Under the pieces are notes generated by a model. The model did no database searches. It was not told where the DNA came from and saw only the letters and a list, made by a program, of their open reading frames with translations. A DNA stretch of 64,000 nt from Octopus vulgaris. Its lineage: Eukaryota. Below, piece by piece: positions 42,234 through 56,822 of the stretch (positions within the stretch are counted from its first letter, which is position 1; each line of letters begins with the position of its first letter). The translations under genes were made by a program, and so were the position numbers. The stretch is taken from assembly GCA_951406725.2 (NCBI GenBank), contig OX597823.1, forward strand, positions 23,374,001 to 23,438,000. Reading direction: 5' to 3'.

Positions 42234-43315
42234 TAGTGAATAGATAGGGATACAATTTCCAGGTGCGCACCATTCAAACATTTAATTATAATCCATGTTA
42301 AGGCTAACCTCATCAGGTTATAATGAGCACCAAGAATTACTTGTGGTAAGCAATCCCACAGTTGGCAATAATGTTCATATCTTCAGCCTTGGTTTTGTAC
42401 AGTCTATATTTGTTGTCTGTCAATGTTTACTGCCTATTACATTGCAAGTATTTGGTGGGGATCTCTTGTTCATGAATTGTTTGGCAATAGCCTTCAAAAT
42501 GGGATGTCATAGACTTCTCAATACTCTATGTCAAACTCATTTTATAAGCAAATCCTTCTATAGCTTGTCTCTTTTGGGCCAAATACCCATGTACTACTTG
42601 CTCAGTGAACTGGTTCATTTTTTAATTTCTTTTTTTTCTTTTTTTTTTTGATAAATATAATTTACCAGTGCTCATTGGAGAGAGATCTGTATCAGCTCTT
42701 ATTTCCTGCCTTTCCTCAAGCTCATTAGCTATTCTAGTTATGCTGTTGATCCTTGGTTAGAAACTTGGGCATCACAGTTACTCTGCTGCAGCTGTTGCTT
42801 CAGTGTCACAGTAAGGGTTTCATATAACATCAATACAAATTTAAGATCATAGCCATCATCCTGTCTACCTCTCCACTGATGTTGGAGTCTCTAACAGCAT
42901 GGAGCAGCTTGTGAGTTTGTACATCTATCTCACTGATTTCTTGTAATGACCAGTTCAGAAGGCCAAATGAAGACATGAAATCAGGCACTGCAAAGGTGTT
43001 GTGGATGATATGTTGAGAGTTCAGATGGCCTTATTTTTTTTTCTCTAACTTGAGGTACTCATTCCTTGTCCTTTCCTTATTGATGGATCTGTCTTGGCTG
43101 ATATACTCTTCCTGTCCACATATCTGTAACTTTTCCCAGAGACCATGTTGTTTATATTCTAGGCTATTTAGTGCTTTGGATCAGGGCGCAAGCTTGCTAT
43201 ATGCTTTACCACCAAAAATGCACAGTAGGACACACAAAATTTCATTTCAAAATCTTTGGAAAATTGGGTTATGTCATCTAGTTGCTTTTTGGTGTGAATA
43301 GTACTTGGCCTATAC

Positions 43316-43349
<34 letters not shown>

Positions 43350-46300
43350 TTGTCTATGCATGCATATCTAGGTAGAAATTTCTTCAATCTGTTCTACACA
43401 GTATCTTTTATTGTAACATTATCATAATTTCCTTGTTCTCACATTTCTCCTCCTGACATACACACACACCATTCATGTCAATTTCTCTTGTTAATCCCAG
43501 GTTATGCACTAATTGACTGTGGACATCCAAAAGAAGTTTTTGGTGCAGAGATGTTTTACAAAAGTGCCTCCTATAAATCTGAAGTGACCTACACTTGCCC
43601 AGAGGGAGAAACAATAAAGGCAGTATGTGGAAAGGATAACAAATGGACAAGGGTACCACCTGTTTGTAAAGGTAAAGTAAATAAACTTTCTCTTGTTGCT
43701 TCTAAGTAATATAGTTTTATTTTTTTATGAAATGTCTAAGTCAGAGGAAGCATGGTTGACTCCATGACAATTTCTACATAGTATTTTTGACTAGTGGGTG
43801 GAGAAGCAGATCTCTCCATATGTTTGCAATAGAGTGAACTCCAGTAATTCTATCCCGAGGCCAGGTAATGGTATTCTATTGGGTGATGTATTACATCTAA
43901 CAACAAAGAACTAGAAGAATGGAAGCTTGTTCCGTCTGACAGGCTTCCATATAGTTTCTATCTTCCAGATTTCGTCCTTAGTTATAAAGCTAAGATTTCA
44001 TTCAATGCCACATTGTTGTGTAGTGAACTTATTAGACCCAATCTATGCTTGACCCATATCTAGGTAGTTTTCCTCTTTATTTCAGACTTGCTCTGTTTCA
44101 CTCATACTTTTTGCCATCATCCAAATCCTTGTATAACATAATGGGCTGAGTCCTTCATTACTAGATTTTAGCTAACATCTGAAACAGCCTTTCGATGCTG
44201 TAATGGTCTTCTAATCCCAAATATCAATAACAATAATGGTTTCTGATGTAGCCTCACATTTAAATTTTGATGTGACGGGTTAGTAAATACTATTGATCCC
44301 AATACTTGACTAGTACTTTATGTTTTTGACCCCTGCAAGTGTGAAAGATAAAGTTTTTCTTGGTTGGATTTTAACTGAAAAATATAAAGAGCTTCAATAC
44401 ATAGCATGAAGAATTTCTTCCAATTCTTTAATGATTCTTTCACTTGACAACACTTCTGAGATAATAATAATAATGACTTCATTTATTTGTTTCTAGGACA
44501 TCACACTGGATTGATAATACAAAGACAGACCCACATAACTTCTTCAATACAAATTAATTCATAATACATGTATTTGAAAATCTGTAAATAGCCAAAGTAC
44601 TTACACAGTGCGAATGCTTCTTCCCCATCCATTCACCTATATATACATACTTACACACATATACACACACACACACACATGCACACTCACACACACACAC
44701 ACACACATAGATACATACACATATGCCTAATCACTGCTTTGCTTTGGTACTGTTGAATTTCTCCTGACTGAGGGAGGTCCAACAGTGCAACTTAGTCAAT
44801 GTTGTTGACCGTGTTTTAGTTAAAGCTACAACCCTAAATCTGCTCAGGTTTACCTCTCTTCAGTATTTTCCATCGAGGAAGGGTAAAGAGCCAGAAATGC
44901 AGCATCAGAAAATCCAATAGTGGGCAACACTCGGCAGATATGGTGTTTTTACACCTTTTACCATTGAAGAGAATTTTTTCTCCATGGTAACTGCAGTGAA
45001 TTTGCCTTGAGAAGTTGAAATATGTCACAAACATATTTTAACTGACCTAAAGTTTACATATGCCTAATCACTGCTTGGTGCTCTTGCTATTGAATGTGTG
45101 TGTCTGTGTGTGTGTATTGGATTGGAGCAAAAGTGTGTACTGTTTTTTAAGTAAAATGAAAAACCATCTTTTAGTTACTTGTATATACCTTTATTAAATT
45201 ACACAAGTCCTTTTTGTTCCACTATCTTTTGCCAACCTTGAGACAGCTTCATGCTCCCATCCTCTCAGAACTTGGCATGTTTCTGGATCTAAGTAGTTTA
45301 AGAACTGGTCTACATGGTTTTTATAGTCATTCACAGAACTGAAGTTCTTCCCATTAAGAGAATTTTCTAGAGATCAAGATAAACAATAATCCAAGGGTAC
45401 AAGGTCAAGTGAGTATGGTAGGTATGGTAGGACATTCAAATCAAGTAGTACCAATTTCTATCAGGTGAGCAAAGAAACATGAGCATTGTTTTGAAGGAAG
45501 ATGTTACTTTTCCAGCTGGTCAGTTCTGGATGTTTTTCATTGATTTCTTCCTTGAATTAGTCTTATTGGGAACAATAGTTGTCTGAATTCAACAGCTGAT
45601 TTCGCAAAAGGAGTTTGTACTACTCTACTCAATTCTCTTTCAATCTCACCAGATACAAAGCATCACCTATTTTAGATGCTGACTGGCCTTTAGAGTGATT
45701 AATGGTGGTTTATTTCGCTTTCTCATTCTTTAAAAAAAAAAATGAGTCCTTTTTTTTACTGTGCTTGGGCAAGGAATTGCAAATGGAAATGTGGTCCATT
45801 AAATTTTCTTCTGTTAAATTATGAGGCACCCAAACAAAGCAATTCCCATTTTCAAGTGTTTCTAAATACCTTATAATGTTTATATGAAATATGTAAAGTA
45901 TCCCTGCAAAATCTTGTTTTGTGTAACCTGGATTATGGTTGAATAGCCTTTTGATTTGGTCGTCATGAATGACTAAAGGCCTTCTGGAATGTTCAGAGTA
46001 TTTCAAATCAAAATATTATTCATAGGCCTAACAAACCATTCCTGAACAGTTCTCTCAGTGATGACACCACCCTCATAAGCAGCACATATCTTTTTTGTTG
46101 TTTGTGTAATGTCCTTTTTCTCTTTCTGGAAATGAAAGAGCATCAAATGATGAACATGTATCTCATTTTCTTCCATGTTTACTTTTTAATGTAGAAACTG
46201 TAGAAATAAGCTATCCACACAGTAATTGTATAGAAAGATGTATTGAAATTACACCTTTAAGAAAAAATATTTTTGTCATATGCTTTACTCACATGAGAAA

Positions 46301-49300
46301 TGAAATCATGTGTTTAAATGCCACTGAAAATCATGTGTTTAAATGCCACTGAAAATCAGAAAATTGTATGAACTTTCATTCAATCTCCAAAGCTTTAAGG
46401 TTGCCTTTCATGACATCCTTAAACCACTTCCTTGGTTTATGCTGAGGCTTTTTCTTGTTGGCCAGCTCCCATTAGCTTGCCTTCTATCTTCTATCCTGAC
46501 AACTTTAGAAGCTTTATCTAAAGATGAACAAGACCAGTAACAGAGTTAAGCTCATGGACCACCGAGTCGGAATAAAAATATTGACATCAGTACCAAGCAG
46601 TGATGAAAAATAAATGAACTGTAAATTAGTTGATACAGCTATTTTTATTCCAACCAGGTGATCCATGAGTGCTACTAAGTTACTGGTGTTGATTGTTTTT
46701 AGATTAAAGCTATGGATTTGAATCTGCCCAGGGTTATCTCACTTTGGTATTTTTGTATTGAGGAAGGTTAAAATGCCAGGAATAGGCAGCTGGGATTCTG
46801 CTAGAGGGAGACACTGGGTAGGTATGGTGTTTTTACACCTTTTGCCATAAGAAAGAATTTTTTCTATTCAGTAACTGAAGTCAATCTGCCTTTAGAAGTT
46901 AAAATATGTCATAAGCATTTAGATTTTTTACAAACAACTTGCAGATGCAAGTACTATTGGATTTTAGCAAGCTCATGTGGTTATGAGGAGTGAATGTGCA
47001 CTGTTTTAGGGCCTTCCTCTCACCGGCATCATTGCACACCAGCCCTCCTTCCCCCTCACTGAAATGAGGCCCTGCTTGCTAGATTAACTGGTTATATATT
47101 TGAACTAACTTAAAATTCATTTCTTCTTCATTACAGCTTGATACTGATACTTTTAAAATCTAAGTACTGGTGTTGTCTGTCTCTTTTCAATATATATTTC
47201 TTTACTACCCACAAGGGGCTAAACACAGAGGGAACAAACAAGGACAGATAAACGGATTAAGTCGATTATATCGACTCCAGTGCGTAACTGGTACTTAATT
47301 TATCGACCCCGAAAGGATGAAAGGCAAAGTCGACCTTGGCGAAATTTGAACCCAGAATGTAACGCCAGACGAAATACGGCTATGCATTTCTCCCGGCATG
47401 CTAACGTTTCTGTCAGCTCGCCGCCTTTTCAATATAGATTAGTTGTAACAATTTCTTTCCTTTAATTACTAGAATGTTCAAAATAGGAAGTTCTCTTTCA
47501 CTCATGTTCATAGAGAATTGGACCAATGATTGCTATTTATCAATTTAAGGAATCTTATAAGTTCTGTTGCGAAAGATAGAGTAAGCACTCAAGAATCTTT
47601 TCTAGTTTTCTTTTAAATGGAATCAGAAATAATGATCCAAAGCAATCATAGAACAGGCATTAATTTTTTCTTTTTACCTTCAAGGAATCGCATTACCAGT
47701 GTATGTATGAATTTATACCTGTGTGCATGTTGCTTCAATCTGTTTCACTAAATATCTTTTATTGTAGCATTATTATCAATTCTTTTTTCTTAACCACCTC
47801 CAAACATACATGTACAACTGATATCAATTTCTGTTACCAATTTCAGCTTATGAAAAAGTTAACTGTGGACCCCCAATGTATGTTGTTGGGGCACTTCAGT
47901 CTTCCAAAACCAGCACCTATAAATCAAAAGTTTACTATACTTGCCTAAACGAAGACAAGTTGATCTCAGTATGTGAAAAGGACAGCAAATGGGTACCGGT
48001 GGCTGGTTGTAAAGGTAAAGTAAATAAACTTTCTCTTGTTGCTTCTAAGTAATATAGTTTTATTTTTTTATGAAATGTCTAAGTCAGAGGAAGCATGGTT
48101 GACTCCATGACAATTTCTACATAGTATTTTTGACTAGTGGGGGGAGAAGCAGTTATTCTCAGACCTGAGACCTCTCCAAATGTTTGCAATAGAGTGAACT
48201 CCAGTAATTCTATCCCGAGGCCAGGTAATGGTATTCTATTGGGTGATGTATTACATCTAACAACAAAGAACTAGAAGAATGGAAGCTTATTCCTTCTGAC
48301 AGGCTTCCATATAGTTTCTATCTTCCAGATTTCGTCCTTAGTTATAAAGCTAAGATTTCATTCAATGCCACATTGTTGTGTAGTGAACTTATTAGACCCA
48401 ATCTATGCTTGACCCATATCTAGGTAGTTTTCCTCTTTATTTCAGACTTGCTCTGTTTCACTCATACTTTATGTCATCATCCAAATCTCTGTATAACGTA
48501 ATGGGCTGAATCCTTCATTACTAGATTTTGGCTAACATCTGAAACAGCCTTTCAATGCATGCACTGAAGTCCCCATTCACTCTTGCCCTTTTTGACATGT
48601 ACACCCAGCTGTCAATAATTTCACTTTGGGACAGTACTGCCATCTCCATCTTCACCGTCTTCACAAGTGAAGTCTAAAGATGCTGAACCAAAGAGGAAAG
48701 TATCTATCACCATATCTTTCAACCTGATCCATGACACAAATTCTTTTGAAAACAGAAGAAAGCTGCATTCTCTTTCCTATTAAAGCAGGGTGTAGGACAA
48801 TCATCATGATGAACTTGGTTGACAACAAGATCCCTCCCTACACAGCAGCGTCTCTTTGACATAACTCTACAGGGTGTCTCAAAATTAAGGCAACCAAGGC
48901 TTTAATAATTATCAATAAATATGATAAGATATGAAAGTTATACATCATTATAAAAGCTTAGTGTGTCTTCTTTTGTTTCAGACTAAATAAATTCAGATTT
49001 ATAAATTAGATAATGGCTATAGACCGAAATACAATCATAATCCTTCACAAAAGAGGTGAAAGTAATAGAGCTATAGCAAAACAGCTTAAAATTAACTGAA
49101 CAACAGTCTGAAAAATTGTCAAGAAATTTCAAGAGACTGTCCAAGCACTGTTCATCCTAGATGTGGCTGAAAAGGAAGTGTGCAGATCCCTCTGCTTATT
49201 AAAATACCAGAGAAAAAATACAGCAAAATCCTTGTCTTGCAACACAAAACTGGCTGCCACAGCAAAAATAAGCCAAACATCGATGTATCAAGTGCTGAAG

Positions 49301-51906
49301 GAGGATATCAGAACCCACCCCTACAAGATGATCTGCCGTCATGAGCTCATGCAAATTTATAAGGCCATGAAACTAGAAAGAATCGTCTTATCCTGCATTA
49401 GATTGCTGAAGGCATGCTACCCAATCTAGTGTTCACTGACAAAAAGAAATTTGACATCAATCAGACAGCAAATTACCTGAATTACTGACTTTGGAGTGTA
49501 TCTGACTCTGTCAAAGGTAGACTTGTAAATTGATGTCAAAATCCACCGTCAGTTATAATTTGGGCAGCTGTCACAGTCACTGGAAGGTCTTCCCTTGTTT
49601 TTGTGCCCTTGGGTGTTAAAATTAACACCAAGTGATAGATTAGTGACATTCTGGAAGCTGACCTGCTTCCATGGGTGAATGAGCACTTTCAAGGTGCACC
49701 CGGGAGCCTGCAGCAGGATTCAGCATCATCCCACTGCTACAAACACAGACACAACACTGGATTCAGAAAAACATTTTGTCGCTCATAGGCAAGAATGTAT
49801 GGCTCTCAAGAAGCCCCAATTTCAATCTGTTGGATTTTCCTGTTTGGTTCATTTTGGAGACGAGGGTCTTGAGCACTCCTTATGCTTCTCTCAATGCTCT
49901 TAAGGCAAAACTGTGCCAGAAATGGGCTTCAATTTCACAAGAACAGTTGCGTACCACATGTGAAGCATTTGCACCTAGACTTAAGGCTATGATTCAAAAT
50001 AGAGAAGGTCATATCAAATAAATGTGGTAGTGTCATAATTGTATTTCCTTTACTATTGCATTGCAATGCTTGGACCCAAAATATAACAATATTTTGATTT
50101 GATAAAATTGAAAAAAGTTGGTTGCCTTAATTTTGGGACACCCTGTATTTGTCAGCAATGCACAAACAATGAATGAGTGCATTAAAAAGGATTTTGGTGT
50201 CCTCTGTGTATTTCAAACAGACCTGACTGATGGTATTCCAATGATTGAAGAGTTTATCTTGGACTGGTGGAGTGCTTTAGTAGCAATGATAAGCCAATGA
50301 CTTCAGAAAGTTGTCCATAATATTGTCAAAAGATCCTTTGAAACAAACTTGCTTGTTCATTTCCATGAATTCCCAAAGGGCTTTTTTGAGAATGTCAGTG
50401 CTTTTTCCCTTCACTAACCCTGAACAGGTTCTTTGATTGGGACATTCACCAGTTCCATTACCCATTTCAGGTTTGATCCAGCATACGTTATATGTAATCC
50501 TTAGGCTTACTTTAGATAATATGGTCTTCCCTTTTTTAAGAATGTGGTAAGGCAATTGAAGAAGATTTTGTTAATATTTATGATATGTTGGGTGAATTCA
50601 TAGGGGCTTCCACAGTGGCTGATCCACTGTGAATTTTGAACTTCATATTGCAAGCAGATCTGACGTAGCTTATCTTCTGGTATAATTTGTTGCCTTGTTC
50701 AACATCACCACCTGGCCTTTAGATGGTCATGGCAATGGTGCTGGATAGTATTTAGTCAATATCACTATAATTATTACAATAACAAACACTCAAATTGACC
50801 CACAGTTGCTCATCTTGGGCATGGATAACATGAATCTCACAAGTATAGGAGGGAGGATGGCCTGAAAATGTCATGGCATTGATGTTTCTCCCAGTACTAG
50901 CTTATTAATAAAATCAAAAATCCTACCTCATTGTAATTACTAATGTATTCATTGTTTAGGCACATGGCCAAATACTATGAGAGAGAGGGAAATGGGACTA
51001 TGTAATAACCATGTCATTCTGAAGAACATTATTGTCTATGTAAAGTAAACTGACTTAGATGAGAGTCAAACCTAGATTTTTGACGCCACATTTATACTAA
51101 AGAAAAACTAGGGAAAAAATACTGAGAGTCACATACTGCATGGAAAGCAAATAGTAAACTGGTTACTTATTGAATGAAGATAATAAGATTGATTAATATT
51201 TTTCCCTCAGTGTATGTTAAAATCATTATGTTGGTGAGTTATTCGGATTAATAATTTCAGAGGAGATAACAGCATAAAGATAATCACTTTTCTTTTTCAT
51301 CTCACTAAAAGTATAATTTTGATGAGCAATATTCCTTAGCTTACTATTTCAAGTTTTGACTGATCACCTTTATTACATATTATATTAATTCCCTAGATAA
51401 TGGTGTTAAGTTAAGTTATTTTAATTTTTCCCTGCCAAAATCAGTAAAGGGATGGGTTATAGTCCTTGCTGCGACTAGACATATTTTATTACATCTGTTT
51501 ACATTCTGGGTCCAAATCATTCCTCAATGCACTTCACCACTCATATTTCTTTGGTTGATAAAATAAGCATTACTCAAGTAGTGAGAATGATATATTTTCA
51601 TGTTTCCTCACTGCAGAATCTGTGGCCTTGTGTTTAAGTTAGGAACAATTATCATTAAAATTGTTAGCTTCAACAATAATTATAATTATTCTTGTTAAGA
51701 AGAGTGATAGACTGACAGAATCATTCATGGATCAGGAAATAAAATGTGTTGTGGTATTTGTACTGGCTCATTGACTTCTGCTTATGATGATTTTCTCTTT
51801 CCAGGGATCCAGTTTAATTAATTGACATGTACCTCAAACTTTGCCCTACTGTCTATGTTAGACATTATCGTTGTTGTTGTTGTTGTTGTTGTTATTGTTG
51901 TTGTTG

Positions 51907-51937
<31 letters not shown>

Positions 51938-54900
51938 TGTTGTTGTTGTTGTTGTTAATCTTCATTAGTCTAAATCTTATTTTAAATGTAGGTGCTCTGG
52001 TCAATTTCGTGAGAGTAAAAAATGGAGCTCTGAATGTAAAAAATAAAAAATTGTGGCATAATAAAAATGGAACAGCAGAAGACTGTGCAAAGAAATGTTG
52101 GTCTGACAAAAGTTGTTTGTCATTTGAAGTGATTAGAAAATCTACAAAATGTTACCTATTAAAAGAAAGTGCACTTTCCACGAGGAGAATGACAACAGAC
52201 ATAAACAGAGATTACTATCAACGAGTAGAACGTAATTATTCTTTATGTTATATAATTGGACTCGCCTTCTTTTTCTGAAATTTGTGATTATATTTATGTA
52301 TCTTAGTAGACAGACAAACACTCTTGTAAAAATATTGACAGGTTTACCTATAAGGACAGATATAGACATGTTCCAGAAAAAGAGGAAGCGATGCTTAGGG
52401 AATTCTCAAACAGCATTTGTTGATTTTGAACAATTTATGTATATTTTCAATTGCACTTTTTCTATGTAAGAATGGCAACACTTGTTTTTGTTAAACCTGA
52501 CTAGAAACAGTAGTAGTAATAACAACATTTGTCTTTTCTGGCATGACTTAGGGCTATTAGAGCACAGTGTCTCACCCACTAGATACAGTTCTTCCTAATT
52601 TGATACACAAAATAACTAAAAAAAAAAAAATATCGTTATATGGAGTCATGTATCACTGATATTTTGGCATGGTTATTAGGGATGGATGCCCTTCCAGCCA
52701 ATATACCACTTAAAGAGAGTACATTTTTCAATGCTACTGGAGTGAGAGAAATTTTCTATTGGGGTTAAAGAATCTTCTCAACATAAAATAAGTTCTCATT
52801 CAGAATAGTTCCATGGTATTTAAGAATAGAACAGTCAACAACTGTATTTATTTTGATCTCAAGAACTTTGTCTTTTATTATCAAAATCCTTCTTTCTTGA
52901 AATCTTGAACTTCAGAGGAAATTCACTAGGTTTAATGAACTCAATATCAAAAAAATCCTGAAAGCTAGGATGTCATTGCTATTGTGATGAATTTTTGGGG
53001 GCCACTTTTGAAGACCTCACTGTAATATTTAACCTGAGCACTTTCAATAACTTCATGCACATTCACAGCTCAGATTTATACAGAGACAAAAGCTTAGCAA
53101 TTTGAAAGAAATGAAGCTAGCTTGATCCACTGGATGTGTAATGTCATAGTGTAAGCGCCCTGAGAGAAATGTTGGAAGCATCAGATGTGGCTTACAAGAG
53201 AGATGACTGTGCTGGTATGGTCATGTACTACAGATAAATGAGGAGAGCTATGTGAAGAAGTGCCACTCCCAAACAGTAGAAGGAACCTGTGGTAGAGGGA
53301 GACCCAGGTAAACATGGGATGAGGTGGTAAAGCATGACCTTCAAAGGTTGGGCCCCACAGAGGCAATGACAAAAGACTGAGACCTCTGGAGATATGCTGT
53401 GTCTGAGAAGACCTGGTAGGTAAAGTGAGATCACAGTTGTAGCCTACACCAGTGTTACATAACCAGCCTATTTAAAAAGTGCCTTTGGATTGTCAGTCGA
53501 CATGCCGTGCTTGAGGAGACCTATTGTATCAAGTACATCAAAATTAAAATCAAAATCAAAATCAAATCAAACTACAATCAAATGGAAATTGTAGTTGTAG
53601 CTGATACTAGTGCCGCCTGACTGGCTTCCCATGCCAGTGGCACATAAAATTACCATTCGAACAGGGTCAATGCCAGCCCCCTTGCACTGAAATTACTAAA
53701 AGCATCTACAATTTATCCTCAAATAGAGATATTTTTGGCAGTATACTTACAATATGTTTGCTAGGATTGGCTCTACTATAAAAAAAAGAATATCCTCCAT
53801 CTCTAAAACTGAAGAAAATTAGAAAAATAAGAAAAGTTTGGTCCAACCCTCTCTTCAATTTAAATGTCTACAACCAGAAAAGTTTTATCCTGTGTTAGAT
53901 TCCATTTCTTGGTCACATGGAAGTATCACAAGCTTATTAATATGCCTAGTGTCAAGGTTTGCTACTCCTGTCTGCTACAATAGGATTACTTTATTCAGTC
54001 TTTTTATCAGACATCCATCTTCAATTACCAAAATCAACCCATCTCTCCACTGAGAAACTTTCTAAGATAGAGGTTTATAGGGCAACTCTCACTCCTCTTG
54101 ATGATTTCCCAATGAATTACATGGGACTCACAGTCAATGACTTCATTGAAAGTTTCACTCAGCATATACACTCATTTTTATGTGAAAACTTCAGGAACAG
54201 GGAAATGATCTGCCCAGCATAATCTTGAGCTTATGCAACACACCACACACACAAACACACACACACACTCTCTCTCACGCACACACACATACACACACAC
54301 ACACGTATACATAATGTAAACAATATCACACATCAATATAAATTAAGATACAAATATAAAAATATATATTTATTTTTTTCTTACATTATTGTTCTAAATT
54401 TCATTCAGTTTGATATTGTAAACAAATTTATTAAGTTTTTTTAGTTTTTCCACAAGTATTTATCCTCATATTTGAGAAATATTTGCTATTAGGAATGCTG
54501 TGAAAAGCAATTGCAGCTAATGAAGTGGTGTATATGTTAAGTCATTGTATGGGGGATAAATCAACAGGAGTAAATCTGCCCTAAGAGTTATATTACCACA
54601 AGCCAGATGTGTTCATTCCTCTCTTTGTAGCCATTTACTCCAGTTGGCAGCAGACTAGGAACATTCCTGGGGAGTGCTGATACAGCTGAGGAGAATCTAA
54701 AAAATGGGAACTGACAGAAGTTTTCAGACCCAGAAATCTGCCCAACATTGAATTAAAGACTTTAGTAAAGGTGCTTGCCAAGGGGCTGGCACATGTTGAT
54801 AGTATAGATGGAGGTAAGCAACTCTGCGTGATCCTTGGCAGATCTATCCATGACAACCTCCACCTCATGTGATAAATCATACACCAGGTCCAAATGAATC

Positions 54901-55996
54901 TTGCTTTGGTGAGTACTGATCAGTTAGTATGAGTCCTAAGCATTTAACAAGGTAGACCATTATTTACTGGAGACTGTCTTAAGAACTGCCATATTTTGTC
55001 TATCCTTTGGAGGCTTGAAGGTCACAATGTACAGTAGAATGTGGTCAGTATCAATGACTGCACCCAGAACTGAGCATTGAAAGCTTGGTCTGTTCAGGTG
55101 CCTCCCATCTGTCTACTGCATGTTTTTATTCAGGAGCCATTGCTACTGAGTATGGAGAGTTTGAGTGGTATCCCATTCTAACTAGGACACAGGAGAGTTG
55201 TGTCAGTTTACATAAACAATGTCATTGTTTGCCAACAGTGATTGCTATTACTGTATTGAGGGCACAGTGGAAGTGCTCAAAATCTTTTTTGGACTAGATT
55301 TCTGAGTGGATCAGAAGTTGTTTGGTAGATAATCAATCTTACTCAGAAAGGTACCAACTTGTTGCCTCCCCCAAACTTTCAGGCCTTGTGCCTATAATAG
55401 AAAGAATTATTATTACCTATTCTTTTTATCTCGGGTTTTGTTGTAACTCCTGAAGTCTTGCATGTGCAGTGGACTTGCTGCTTGCTGCCTGTTCTTTTCA
55501 ACTATCTAGTACTTCCCTGATTATTCTGGGTGTATATCTTTGATGAAGCACAAACTGAAGTTTCCCCAGTGTAAGCTGAACTGTGCTTCAAAAGCATATG
55601 TGGAGGTATAGGTTCTAACATGTGTACCTGTTTGAGATGCATGGAAAGTGACAAAAATGTTCTGCAAACACTTGTGTAGTACCCAAGCATTTCTGACTTG
55701 TGGAGTTATTGGAGCTATGTCAATCACCTGCTGCCACATGTAGGATTGATCAGGCTGTTTGCTGTGTCCATTGTGAAGATTGTCTCACTACCTTGTTTTG
55801 GCTGAGAAGGTCTTTAACTGTCTGGTAACTTTGATAATAAAAGGTTGTGTAGTGGACCAGATTGAAAGGGTTGAAGGCAGATTTCTTCATCTTTGGTCAA
55901 GCCTGCATTTATTTTTCCAAGTTTCATTTGAAAAGGAAAGTCAGGTTGGAGAGGAAAGTGCTGCCTTCTCACAAATTTTTTGTATTTCCTGTTCTC

Positions 55997-56077
<81 letters not shown>

Positions 56078-56108
56078 CGTTATTATTACGTTATTATTAT
56101 TGTTATTA

Positions 56109-56169
<61 letters not shown>

Positions 56170-56755
56170 TACTACTACTATTACTATTTATATGTTGTTT
56201 AAAAGTTTAGATAATAATGTAGAAGCATCATGTAATTGAAATTTTGAATAAAATATTAGAAAGCCACCTGGTGCACAATTTTTTTAAATGGATAATTTAT
56301 CATAAAAACACAATCCATCCACAAAATTATTCTTTGGTATAAAACACCTTCATCAGAATTCATGGAATTTCTGTTGCATCATAAAACATACTTGAAAATT
56401 TGCCTTAAAGTTGCAGATAATCCCAAGCTTGGTGTGCTTTGGCCTAAGATTTAATAGTCATAACAACACTTAAGTCATTAGTTTAAGGAAGTTTTGACTC
56501 TGCAAAAGTACACCATCAGAAAAGGGATGCATAAATAAATTATTTGCAATATATTTGTTAAAACGAGGTTTCAAGTAGATCTCAAAATGAACTACAACTG
56601 ACATGAATACTGACTAGGATTACATATTGATCAAATATTCATTTGATCTATATTCAATTACAATAACTTGTCTATTTAAAAGATTATGCACCACATGATT
56701 TATAATATTTAGGATATATAAGTGGTGTGTATATATATATATAATATGTCTCTAA

Positions 56756-56822
<67 letters not shown>

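Noticed and set aside
44820-46918. Diverged ~200-bp direct repeat (44820-45035 vs 46705-46918) around the mariner, suggesting LTRs or a lost exon
   Set aside because: No TG..CA termini, no TSD and no Sushi/PAN Cys pattern; most likely old repeat fragments.
51871-52278. ORF starting with poly-Leu that looks like signal peptide + PAN domain; similar hydrophobic leaders occur in ORFs 13071, 17492, 26719 and 57063
   Set aside because: The leaders are translated microsatellite or polypyrimidine tract upstream of clear AG acceptors that are conserved in position among paralogs. These are internal exons, not single-exon secreted genes.
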